From a virus, in the IMG/VR virus record IMGVR_UViG_3300045988_171958, positions 230,492 through 294,491 of that record: 64,000 bases of DNA; one strand, written 5' to 3'. Made by a program: the position numbers and the translations under genes. The notes below the pieces were generated by a model. That model had not been told where the DNA came from, searched no databases, and saw nothing but the letters and a program-made list of their open reading frames with translations. Of the stretch, positions 16,090 to 24,445 are shown in pieces (the stretch's first letter is position 1; each line of letters begins with the position of its first letter).

Positions 16090-17026
16090 TTGGTGATATT
16101 CCTAATTTTCCTGCAAGCTTGAACAACTGTTTTTGAACAGCTGTCTTAGCTTTTTGTTTTGTCTTATTTGTTGATGTTCCTAGATCATTATATTGCTCTT
16201 TAGCTTTTTCTAATGTTGGATCAATAAGCTTTTTCTTCATTGTTGTAGCTGCAGCATAAGCAGAATTATTTACGGCCTCATCATAATGCTTCTGAACATC
16301 TTCCATCTTTTTGTCTGCATAATCAGACATATATGTTTTAGCACTATCAATAGCACTGTTTATTTGATTGTTTACCCATCCCGGACCTTGTATCATTAAA
16401 GCAGATATATCTTCACAATCTTTTTGAATAGATGATAATGTCTTATCTTTGAATTCATTAGCATCTTTAACAGCTTTCTTACACCAAGCTATTGCTTTCT
16501 TTGTTTTATTTTCTTTTTCCTTTTCTGCTTCTTTTTGAGCATGCTCTTCTGCTGGAGTACCCATCATTTCTTTCAAACGTTGTTGAAGTTCTTCTTTACA
16601 TTGTTCTGCAGCTATAGCAGTAGCTTTCTTAGTAACTTGTGCAGGAAATGATGCAACCATTCCAACTATCTTAGTACCCATTTTAGTAGTAAGTTGAACT
16701 CCATACGTTGTAAGTTCTCCAACTGCTTGCTTAGCAACATCTGCTGTTTGAAAAGCTCCTTGCATAGCAGCTAATCCAGCACCAACTAAGCTACCAGCCA
16801 TGCCACCTATCTGACTTCCAACTTTAGTTACTTCTTTAGTAGCAGTACTTTTGAGATCAGAGACCATAGACATAGTCTTGTCTTGTACAGCATCTGCCAA
16901 CTGTTTCAAATTGCCAGCTTCTATATCAATACCAGTAGCTGCAATAACTGAAGTTGCTTGTCCGGTCAAGAAATTCTGTCCATAATCAATGCATTTTGCT
17001 TGCATCTGTCCTGGTATTGCTCCCAT
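16082..17026 (-). CDS. hypothetical Ala/Gly/Lys-rich helical protein
   Basis: 314-aa ORF overlapping the terL start by 8 nt. Contains GGMAGSLVGAGLAAMQGAF and charged coiled-coil-like tracts. It occupies the position of a small terminase or scaffold, but no motif supports either. Confidence 0.55.
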   Translation of the reverse strand: MGAIPGQMQAKCIDYGQNFLTGQATSVIAATGIDIEAGNLKQLADAVQDKTMSMVSDLKSTATKEVTKVGSQIGGMAGSLVGAGLAAMQGAFQTADVAKQAVGELTTYGVQLTTKMGTKIVGMVASFPAQVTKKATAIAAEQCKEELQQRLKEMMGTPAEEHAQKEAEKEKENKTKKAIAWCKKAVKDANEFKDKTLSSIQKDCEDISALMIQGPGWVNNQINSAIDSAKTYMSDYADKKMEDVQKHYDEAVNNSAYAAATTMKKKLIDPTLEKAKEQYNDLGTSTNKTKQKAKTAVQKQLFKLAGKLGISPNG

Positions 17027-17028
17027 AT

Positions 17029-17718
17029 TTATTCACTTACAAATGATGTTTTTGAATTCATTTCATCTATGGTATCTGATATCGCTTTAGAACACTTCAA
17101 TATAGATGGACATAAACTTACAGTATAAGGATTTCCATTAGCTGCATTATTCAATTCATCTAATCCAGCCTTCAAATCTGACAACAATTTGTATAGTTTA
17201 TTTCCTCTAACTATTGGGTCTTCACATTTTTCTGTTAAACCAACAAATACTTTTGACCCTCTTATAGATATTTCAGTACCATTAGATTTGCTTTCTATAT
17301 CCCCGGCTTGATTTATCTGGGTTTGAGCATGTTCGCCTATTCTAGTTACAAATCCTTGGTTGCCTGTATAGAACATCTGAGCACCAACACTCTTACCAGA
17401 TCTTGACACTAATACATCATAATCAAAATCTTGTTGAGCAGCAGTAGTATTGATGTTTGTTTCCCACATTGTAATATAATAATATTCATATTCATTTGTG
17501 GAATCATGCAATATCCATACTTTTTGTCCCTCTATGCATTTAGAGACACGTTGATATCCTGATCCACTTGTAAATGGAGCAATCCAAAACATATCTTCTT
17601 CATGCATAGAGGCATTATTAAACCAACCAGGAACTACAGCTTTGATTCGACCCATTTTCTTTGGATCATCAGCAGTCACTACAACTCCAGGTCTTATTTC
17701 ACAATTACTCAGTTTCAT
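17029..17718 (-). CDS. putative baseplate spike OB-fold protein (gpV / gp5 N-domain-like)
   Basis: IRPGVVVTADDPKKMGRIKAVVPGW...MFWIAPF...GQKVWIL resembles the phage_base_V signature G-V-x-DP-x-GR-hK-V-x-P...W..P...G..V. Confidence 0.45.
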   Translation of the reverse strand: MKLSNCEIRPGVVVTADDPKKMGRIKAVVPGWFNNASMHEEDMFWIAPFTSGSGYQRVSKCIEGQKVWILHDSTNEYEYYYITMWETNINTTAAQQDFDYDVLVSRSGKSVGAQMFYTGNQGFVTRIGEHAQTQINQAGDIESKSNGTEISIRGSKVFVGLTEKCEDPIVRGNKLYKLLSDLKAGLDELNNAANGNPYTVSLCPSILKCSKAISDTIDEMNSKTSFVSE

Positions 17719-18439
17719 CTGATAAATTATCTATATCATCTTTAGAGAAGATAATGGTAAACTTACCCTTTTCCATTTTCTCTTTATATCTATTTTGTCC
17801 AAATGTTTTATCACAACCAAGACATACTGCTTTGACAACTTTCTTACCAACAACAAACAATGATGGGAAAAGTGTTACTGTATCACCTTCATTATCATAA
17901 ATGAACCAAGAATCTCCTTCATCAATTGCTGCATTAAATTCTTTTTCAAATTTACCACATATATCTTTTACTTGATCTATAACATCATCTGTTATTCCAA
18001 CTTTCTTAATATATTCATTCTTTGATATTTCAGCCTTCATGTGTGCCTTGAACATACCAATAATTTCTTTTGGATCTTTATTAGACCAATTTTCTTTATT
18101 GAATATTTTATGGAAATCAGCATTTGATGATGCATAATCTATAGGGGTTATTTCAAACAAATCTTTTGTATTGCGAACTCCTCTTCTTCTTATCTGTCCA
18201 TTATCTATAATCTTGGATAAAGCTTCCAAGTTAGATTTTTCAGTACCAGTTGTTGAAATCACATATAATGACTTGTTAGTACCAAGTACTTTCTTTACGG
18301 ATCTGTTCCATTTTGTGATTCTTGTCTTCTTCAAACCAATGTTTGTAAATATTGGTGTTAAATCACCTACTTCTTTTGCATTTCCTGTAATATCTGACTT
18401 AGATATTGATTCTTCTATAAATTCTACTAATGATTTCAT
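17705..18439 (-). CDS. hypothetical protein with CTS-like N-terminal tag (MKSLVEFIEE)
   Basis: 244-aa ORF directly downstream of the portal gene. Its N-terminus matches the shared tag family. Confidence 0.6.
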   Translation of the reverse strand: MKSLVEFIEESISKSDITGNAKEVGDLTPIFTNIGLKKTRITKWNRSVKKVLGTNKSLYVISTTGTEKSNLEALSKIIDNGQIRRRGVRNTKDLFEITPIDYASSNADFHKIFNKENWSNKDPKEIIGMFKAHMKAEISKNEYIKKVGITDDVIDQVKDICGKFEKEFNAAIDEGDSWFIYDNEGDTVTLFPSLFVVGKKVVKAVCLGCDKTFGQNRYKEKMEKGKFTIIFSKDDIDNLSDETE

Positions 18440-18454
18440 TTGACTTTTTATATT

Positions 18455-20239
18455 TTACATTTCTCCAGATCCGCCTTCAGCTGAATTGTCCGGTTGTACA
18501 TCTCCCATCATTTCTGAATCTCCTCCAGCATCTTCTGATCCATCATTTTCCATTCCTGCATCTTCTGAATCTGAATCCATTCCTGACATTTCTTCTTCAC
18601 CATTCTCTTCTTCCTCAGATTCTGCATCACCCTTTTCTTGCTTCTCTAACCATTTGCATTTTTGGTTGTATTCAAAATCAGCATCAGACATCTTCAGATA
18701 TCTTTCAAGTAAGAATCTCATAGAGAAATAGCTATCTTCATTTCCTTCAGCATCAGTTGTAGTGAATGTATCTTTAAGCATACCAATTGTTTCAAGACGT
18801 TTGTTGGTAACTTCAAGATCCATCATTTCAGTAAATTGATTGTAAGAATTGTATCTGAATATGATAGCATCCAATACTCTCTTGTCATTCTTCATCTCTG
18901 GAATTGAGAGAGCAACTTGAATCTGAATAGGTTTGATGATTACCATAGAGAATACATTTCTAAGTCTGTCAACAAATCTACCAAAGTTTATTTCATCTCT
19001 AAGAGTTTGAGTTGGATCAGTTCCAAACCAAGCAGCAGCATTTTCTTTGTCAAATCTGCTTTCTGGTATCTTAGACATCTTATATAGCTTAGAAAGATAG
19101 TACTTAAGCTGTTCACTATCATTAAGGCTTGGACCTTGGTCAACAAGTGTCTCTATTTCCGGCTTACCATTTTCATTTTCAGGCATCCAATATTCTTTAT
19201 TGAATGGAAGATTAGTTCTGCCATTTACTTTAAGTTCACCAGTTTCTGTATTGAAGTCTATATCTTCTTTATATCTAGCCATAGCAGAATTCAGAGTCTG
19301 CATACCTTTTGCTCTGTTCATACCAGCTACAGGTATAGTGAACATTGTCTTAAAGCTGGCTTGAGTTACAGTCCAGATAAGTTGTGCTTGCTCTATGATT
19401 CTGTATATGTTGAATGGTCGAATCAGACGTTCAAGATATGATTGTCTATCTATTACTCCACTATCTTCATACTTGATATATATTACTTGAGAATCAAGCA
19501 TGATACGTTCCTGTCCAATCACATCTTTGAACTGTACCCAATATTGTATGCCATTGTCAATAACACGAGTAATAGTAGCTGGATCTATAGGAATGATACC
19601 AATGATTGTATGAGGGTTTTCTATGTTGTCATATACAATTTCATAAGCTATTACTCCATCTATCAGCCATCTTTTGAATTGGTCCCAAGCTTTGTTTTTC
19701 CAATCAAGAAGCATATATATCTTATAGAAGGTTGTATCTACACAGTTCTTTATCTCTTCTATATGATTTTCATTCAATTGTTGCAGTACACTTGGTTCAA
19801 TATAAGGTTCTCCAATATAGACATCATTATCATCATAAACTATACATTCGTTAGCCATGATATCCAATATATCTTCTATTTCTGGATTCATAGCCATCTT
19901 TCTCAGAACATCTCTTTTCTGTTCAAGAGTCTTTTCTCTAAATGGTTTGTCTTCTTCTGGCTTCTGCTTCCAGTTATCCATTATACCAGCATACAAGTTA
20001 GAAGTCATTACTCCAATATCTTTAGGTTGCATCAACTTGTCTGCTGGTACCGCTTTCATGTTCTTTATAACATCAGAAGTCCAGTTCATACCATAATGAC
20101 TGAGCTTATACAGAATTTTTGCAAGATGACCAGGTTCTCTTACCTGCATCTGGTTTTGCTGTATAGGCATCATATCATTAGCTTGTTCATATATAGTTTT
20201 ATTTCCTTCTAATACGTTACTTAAGTTACCAAATATCAT
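18455..20239 (-). CDS. portal protein, T4 gp20-like
   Basis: Stretches colinear with gp20 as I recall it: NPEIEDILDIMANECIVYDD, FKRWLIDG, SYLERLIRPFNIYRIIEQAQLIW, KEYWMPENENGKPEIETL and RDEINFGRFVDRL. Acidic C-terminal tail. Confidence 0.8.
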   Translation of the reverse strand: MIFGNLSNVLEGNKTIYEQANDMMPIQQNQMQVREPGHLAKILYKLSHYGMNWTSDVIKNMKAVPADKLMQPKDIGVMTSNLYAGIMDNWKQKPEEDKPFREKTLEQKRDVLRKMAMNPEIEDILDIMANECIVYDDNDVYIGEPYIEPSVLQQLNENHIEEIKNCVDTTFYKIYMLLDWKNKAWDQFKRWLIDGVIAYEIVYDNIENPHTIIGIIPIDPATITRVIDNGIQYWVQFKDVIGQERIMLDSQVIYIKYEDSGVIDRQSYLERLIRPFNIYRIIEQAQLIWTVTQASFKTMFTIPVAGMNRAKGMQTLNSAMARYKEDIDFNTETGELKVNGRTNLPFNKEYWMPENENGKPEIETLVDQGPSLNDSEQLKYYLSKLYKMSKIPESRFDKENAAAWFGTDPTQTLRDEINFGRFVDRLRNVFSMVIIKPIQIQVALSIPEMKNDKRVLDAIIFRYNSYNQFTEMMDLEVTNKRLETIGMLKDTFTTTDAEGNEDSYFSMRFLLERYLKMSDADFEYNQKCKWLEKQEKGDAESEEEENGEEEMSGMDSDSEDAGMENDGSEDAGGDSEMMGDVQPDNSAEGGSGEM

Positions 20240-20279
20240 GTATCTTACATTACTATTGCTTATATAAAAATATAGAGAA

Positions 20280-20310
20280 TTGAAATTACAACCTATTGAT
20301 TTCTATATTA
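20280..20310 (+). promoter_or_regulatory. sigma70-like promoter TTGAAA-N18-TATATT
   Basis: ATTGAAAT then TTCTATATTA, upstream of ATG 20347. Confidence 0.45.
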
Positions 20311-20346
20311 CTTTATATTACAAAACAAATAATATATCATAATAAA

Positions 20347-21243
20347 ATGAGTGGAAATTTATTTCAACAAGGAAAATATAAAGCAGAACCTATCAAATCA
20401 GAAGTAGCACCATTATTACAACAATTAGTGATAAAAGAATTGTTAGATAATTATCCTGATATGGAATACTGTTGCATTGGATCCATAGGTAAGAAGAAAG
20501 ATGGAGAATATAATGGAGATATAGATATTGCTATAAAAACAGAAAGTATAGAAGAACTAGAAAATATGATAACCAAAGTATTCTCTTATACAGAAAGTGT
20601 TACAAGCAAATCTTATTTCATAGTATCTATGCTTTATCCTTATAAGGACCCATTAGATGATGACAAGCTAAAGTTTGCTGCAGTTGACTTTATGATGATG
20701 AAAGACAAAGAATACACTGAATTCAGATATTACTGTCCTGATTATAGAAAAGATGAGTCAAAGTATAAAGTTGGTGTAAAGATAATGTGGGCAAATACTA
20801 TATTGAACCATACAAAAGAGAGATTGAATGGAGTAGATTTGTCAAAGAACCAAATGGGTTCATTCAGATTTGTACCAACTGGATTATATCAAACGATATT
20901 CAATGTTGATACATTTGAAGTAATATCAAACAAATTCATTACAACAAATGTTGATGAAATAGTAAATATGGTTTTTGATGATAGTGATAGAAGTCATTTC
21001 AACTCAGTAGAAACCTTATGGGAAGGTATTCATTCAGAACATTATAAATATCCAGAAGAAGTAAAAATTCTAGAAGCTAGATTGATGATAAATAGCTATA
21101 GAAAGGGATGGAAAGAGATTATAGATTCAGGAGATTTCAAAATGAAATATTGGACTAAAGAAGATATTTATAAGATGATAGAACCTTATAAATTGGAAAG
21201 AAACATAAACAAATATTTAGATGTAAAGAATGGAATCCTATAG
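20347..21243 (+). CDS. Pol-beta superfamily nucleotidyltransferase
   Basis: I moved the start to ATG 20347, because the TTG at 20296 lies in the promoter. Motif IGSIGKKKDGEYNGDIDIAI fits hG[GS]-x9-13-DhDh. The stop TAG sits in the loop of a palindromic terminator. Confidence 0.55.
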   Translation: MSGNLFQQGKYKAEPIKSEVAPLLQQLVIKELLDNYPDMEYCCIGSIGKKKDGEYNGDIDIAIKTESIEELENMITKVFSYTESVTSKSYFIVSMLYPYKDPLDDDKLKFAAVDFMMMKDKEYTEFRYYCPDYRKDESKYKVGVKIMWANTILNHTKERLNGVDLSKNQMGSFRFVPTGLYQTIFNVDTFEVISNKFITTNVDEIVNMVFDDSDRSHFNSVETLWEGIHSEHYKYPEEVKILEARLMINSYRKGWKEIIDSGDFKMKYWTKEDIYKMIEPYKLERNINKYLDVKNGIL

Positions 21244-21258
21244 GATTCCATTCTTTTT
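21225..21258. terminator. bidirectional palindromic terminator
   Basis: AAAGAATGGAATCC-TATA-GGATTCCATTCTTT plus T run, between convergent genes. Confidence 0.65.
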
Positions 21259-21262
21259 GTAT

Positions 21263-21991
21263 TTAATCATAAGAAGAGTCCTCTTTATCTTGCCAATCAT
21301 CAGGTAAGTTTAAAATATCTGTCCAACCAAGCATTATATCAATAATACTACTACCAGGACCATCCCAATAAAGATCATCATCTGTGTATTCATCATTCAT
21401 TACATTATCCATGAATTCATCACTATCATAGAATTTCTCACCACTTTTTCTAGCATATTTTACAGCATCTTTAATATTGTCAAATGATTTAACTATATAG
21501 CTAGCATCAAAGTCTTCATAGTCAAAATACGCAGAACCTAAAAGACCAAGCAAGTCTGATAGTGTACCAATATGCAAACATTGATGATATTCATCTTTGT
21601 AAATATAGAATTTTGCCTTAGGAACTTTGACATCTTTCCATTTTACAAATTTAAATGCTCCATCATCACTGCCACTTGTAATTTGTTTTAATACTGGGAA
21701 TTTGATTGTACTTACTTTAGAAGCTGGTTCCGCTTTTGCAAGAGCTTTCATAGCTGGATTATTAGCTGTCATATCTTTGACAGTAGCAACTACTTTACCA
21801 CAGTTCTTAGCATCAGGACCAGGTTTCCAACCTTTAAGCTCCTTTTCAAGAGCCTTACCAGCAGCAACAGCAAATCGGTTTGCTTGTGAATTTCTACCTT
21901 TCTCTCTGGCAGCCTTTGAAGCACGACCAAGCAATTCAGAACTAAGCTCCATAATCAATGCTTCATTCAAATACTGACTTAAATTTTTCAT
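21263..21991 (-). CDS. hypothetical protein with CTS-like tag (MKNLSQYLNE)
   Basis: 242-aa ORF with basic Ala/Lys-rich N-half and acidic C-half. A single minus-strand gene between plus-strand islands. Confidence 0.55.
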   Translation of the reverse strand: MKNLSQYLNEALIMELSSELLGRASKAAREKGRNSQANRFAVAAGKALEKELKGWKPGPDAKNCGKVVATVKDMTANNPAMKALAKAEPASKVSTIKFPVLKQITSGSDDGAFKFVKWKDVKVPKAKFYIYKDEYHQCLHIGTLSDLLGLLGSAYFDYEDFDASYIVKSFDNIKDAVKYARKSGEKFYDSDEFMDNVMNDEYTDDDLYWDGPGSSIIDIMLGWTDILNLPDDWQDKEDSSYD

Positions 21992-22036
21992 TATGAATTT
22001 TTGTTTATATAAACTTTATAAATAATAATAAGTTTT

Positions 22037-22107
22037 TTGAAATTTTTTATGTTTGTTCTAAATTTATTTGCAACAAGATTGAAATAAATCAAGATTGTTC
22101 TATATTA
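22037..22107 (+). repeat. duplicated promoter cassette, copy 1 (partner 57018-57088)
   Basis: About 70 nt nearly identical, including the exact run TCTAAATTTATTTGCAACAAGATTGAAATAAATCAAGATTGTTCTATATTA. Carries TTGAAA (22079) and TATATT (22101). Confidence 0.8.
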
Positions 22108-22146
22108 GATTCGTTCAAAATAAGAAGTTTAATTTAAATATTGATA

Positions 22147-22533
22147 ATGATTATGAAGAAGTTTTTTGTTACTTTTATTTTCTGTGTAGTATCTGTTATA
22201 TCATTTGCTAACACTCCTACATATTTTGTAAAGAACATTGATACAGAAAATATGCCTATCATGGATCTTGAATCACAAGAAAATACAGAATACTGGGTAT
22301 CAATGTTCAAATTTGTTCAAGCTGCACAGAAATCAAATGCAACTAAAATGGTAATCAAATATGATGGAAAATGGAAGTATGTAATTCCATCTTCTGAAGC
22401 CCTTATTCAGTTGGATATCATTATTTCTCATTTATGTTCTGGTAGTTCCGTTAAGAATGGTACATTTGAAAAAGGAATGAAAGAAGCTTTTGAAATAGCA
22501 AAGAAGGATAAATTGATTATTTCTGTACGTTAA
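22147..22533 (+). CDS. secreted protein (signal peptide)
   Basis: MIMKKFFVTFIFCVVSVISFANTP is a typical signal sequence. Start ATG 22147 or 22153 is preferred over TTG 22141. Confidence 0.55.
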   Translation: MIMKKFFVTFIFCVVSVISFANTPTYFVKNIDTENMPIMDLESQENTEYWVSMFKFVQAAQKSNATKMVIKYDGKWKYVIPSSEALIQLDIIISHLCSGSSVKNGTFEKGMKEAFEIAKKDKLIISVR

Positions 22534-22582
22534 CTTAATGCATTCACTAGGTTCTATAGGGTTCTCCTGTTAAGTGCCTGGG

Positions 22583-22653
22583 TCACACAGGGAGCGGATA
22601 ATTATGATTCAGTATATTCTATCAGCTAAGATAATTTTAACGTCCCTGTGTGA
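22583..22653 (+). promoter_or_regulatory. GC-rich structured inverted-repeat element, copy B
   Basis: 11-bp arms TCACACAGGGA / TCCCTGTGTGA. Core CAGGGAGCGGATAATT and AGTATA-TT-TATCAG are shared colinearly with copy A. T-rich tract follows. Intergenic. Confidence 0.55.
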
Positions 22654-22708
22654 ATGTTTTTGTTCAACATCTATTGAACTATTTTTAAATAACCAAAGAA
22701 ATACGAAC

Positions 22709-23977
22709 ATGAATTATTCATTTTTAAATAATTTTCAACCATTTGTTGTAAAGTTCATAGATGATATTTGCATACCTAAATCTTGTAGAGGAAAATATCT
22801 TCTATGTATAAATGCAATGGGTATCAAATGGTTTGAAGAAAATTACATAACACTAGAATACGGTGATGGTTTTATTGAAGGTGAGGTTCTAGGTCCTAAG
22901 TATCTGATGCTTGAGGATAGTGGAGCTAACAAGTTTGACATGCCTAGAATTTATGTACCAATTACAAAGGAGTTGATTGATAATGATACTTCAGAATTAG
23001 GAAAATTCTTAATTAAAGCACTTACAGACAATAGTGTATATGGTACTGGTATAGAAGGTTTTAGACCTAGTAAAAACTATTACTTGAATGAAACATTATA
23101 CAAATGGTGTACTAGAACAAAAGACCATACTGGTAATGATATTCAATCATTAGCAGAAGAAGATGATGACATATATTTACCCGACTATCTCTATTATGAT
23201 AGAGAAAATGACAAACCTAAAATAACATCATATTTTGAAGAATTGTCTGATAATGAGAAGAAAAGCATTGACTTGAATTTCTTCTTCAATAAGAATGAAA
23301 TATCAGATTTGAAGTTTACTGAAGATGATTTCTATTTCTTTCCACAAACTTTCTTCAAAATCATATTAAAGTATACAACTATAACAGAAGAAAACAGACA
23401 GGCAGTACCAAATAATGTTTATGATGTTGTACAGAAGTATTTTGTTAATCATAAAAATGATGAAGCAACAAAACTGTTACAGACTATCATGAATACCAGT
23501 ACAGATGGTACTGATTTGCCTTCTACTATTTCTACTTGCAATTCTTGTACTAACCAATATAATCTATTAAGTGGAAGTTCAAATATAGGTGAAAAGAGTT
23601 GTCTAGAAAAGTATAGAGATGCTATGGATTCATGGTTGAAGATCATGTTGGGTGATTTAGTATATTACAATTCTTGGATGACAGTAAATGAGAACAATAC
23701 TAAATATCCTAATTATGATTTGATAGATTTGTTGATAGAATTTCTGAATGAATATATCAAGTACAACAACTTCCCATCCAAAGAACAGAATAGCATAACT
23801 AATTTCAATTGCCCATCATTAGATAGTTCTTATGATGATAGTGATTGTATTAAAAGTACAATCATGAACTATATTAAAGTTCTAGAATGGGTAAAGAAAT
23901 GTGAAACTGTAAAGAACAGAAATAAAATAAAGGTATATGGTAGAGATTTTGCTAATTACCTTTTAACATATTTTTAA
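22709..23977 (+). CDS. hypothetical protein
   Basis: I moved the start to ATG 22709, because the track N-terminus is read through the structured element. 422 aa, Cys-containing, no motif recognised. Confidence 0.6.
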   Translation: MNYSFLNNFQPFVVKFIDDICIPKSCRGKYLLCINAMGIKWFEENYITLEYGDGFIEGEVLGPKYLMLEDSGANKFDMPRIYVPITKELIDNDTSELGKFLIKALTDNSVYGTGIEGFRPSKNYYLNETLYKWCTRTKDHTGNDIQSLAEEDDDIYLPDYLYYDRENDKPKITSYFEELSDNEKKSIDLNFFFNKNEISDLKFTEDDFYFFPQTFFKIILKYTTITEENRQAVPNNVYDVVQKYFVNHKNDEATKLLQTIMNTSTDGTDLPSTISTCNSCTNQYNLLSGSSNIGEKSCLEKYRDAMDSWLKIMLGDLVYYNSWMTVNENNTKYPNYDLIDLLIEFLNEYIKYNNFPSKEQNSITNFNCPSLDSSYDDSDCIKSTIMNYIKVLEWVKKCETVKNRNKIKVYGRDFANYLLTYF

Positions 23978-23999
23978 ATTAACGTTAATTAAAACATAT

Positions 24000-24389
24000 A
24001 TGAAAAGTTTAGTAGAAACATTGAATGAATCACTAAATATCAATGAAAGTAAAGAAAAGATGCTTAGATTCGAATTTGGTGACCTAGATCATGCAGATGA
24101 GACTATCAAATCTATTGAAGATCTTGCTAATAAGAATTCTGTGTATTCAGAAAAAATTGATGGTGGTATCAAGATTAAAGCTAATGATTCCAATAAGGAT
24201 AAGTTAGATTCTATCCAAGATGTACTTCAACAATATGTACAGAAAATGCAGGATGATGATAAAGCAAATCAAGATGATGTAAAGTCATTAGCAAATCAAT
24301 TGAATAAGTTGAGTGACTTTATTGAATCAGAAGATGACGATGATAAAGAAGATAAAGAAAATAAAGAAGATAATGAAGAAGGAGAATAA
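24000..24389 (+). CDS. small highly acidic protein with CTS-like tag (MKSLVETLNE)
   Basis: 129 aa. The C-terminal third is almost entirely Asp/Glu/Lys (SEDDDDKEDKENKEDNEEGE). Confidence 0.6.
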   Translation: MKSLVETLNESLNINESKEKMLRFEFGDLDHADETIKSIEDLANKNSVYSEKIDGGIKIKANDSNKDKLDSIQDVLQQYVQKMQDDDKANQDDVKSLANQLNKLSDFIESEDDDDKEDKENKEDNEEGE

Positions 24390-24410
24390 GAATTAAAATA
24401 TTCAAAATGA

Positions 24411-24443
24411 AAAATGGGAAGAACTTAAGTTCTTCCCATTTTT
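24411..24443. terminator. bidirectional palindromic terminator (CTTAAG apex)
   Basis: AAAATGGGAAGAACTTAAGTTCTTCCCATTTT between convergent genes. Confidence 0.7.
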
Positions 24444-24445
24444 AT

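Noticed and set aside
19442-20212. Long antisense ORFs inside minus-strand genes. Examples: 19442-20212, 18430-18731, 13433-13786, 21627-21977, 33927-34334, 36264-36665 and 41451-41852.
   Set aside because: Their composition is low-complexity Ile/Phe/Ser/Tyr-rich, typical of the reverse frame of AT-rich coding sequence. They are fully nested in much longer ORFs with recognisable motifs and have no start context.
13291-20239. Assignment of the window to a crAss-like phage.
   Set aside because: As I recall their sequences, the terminase and portal align motif-by-motif with T4 gp17 and gp20. A gp4-like head-completion nuclease and T4-style capsid-targeting tags are also present. I cannot name the lineage without searches, so I leave it as a distant T4-type phage.
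22574-22708. N-terminal extension of ORF 22574-23977 (MPGSHRERIIMIQY...).
   Set aside because: It starts on a non-ATG codon and is translated through the intergenic structured hairpin. ATG 22709 gives a sensible start.
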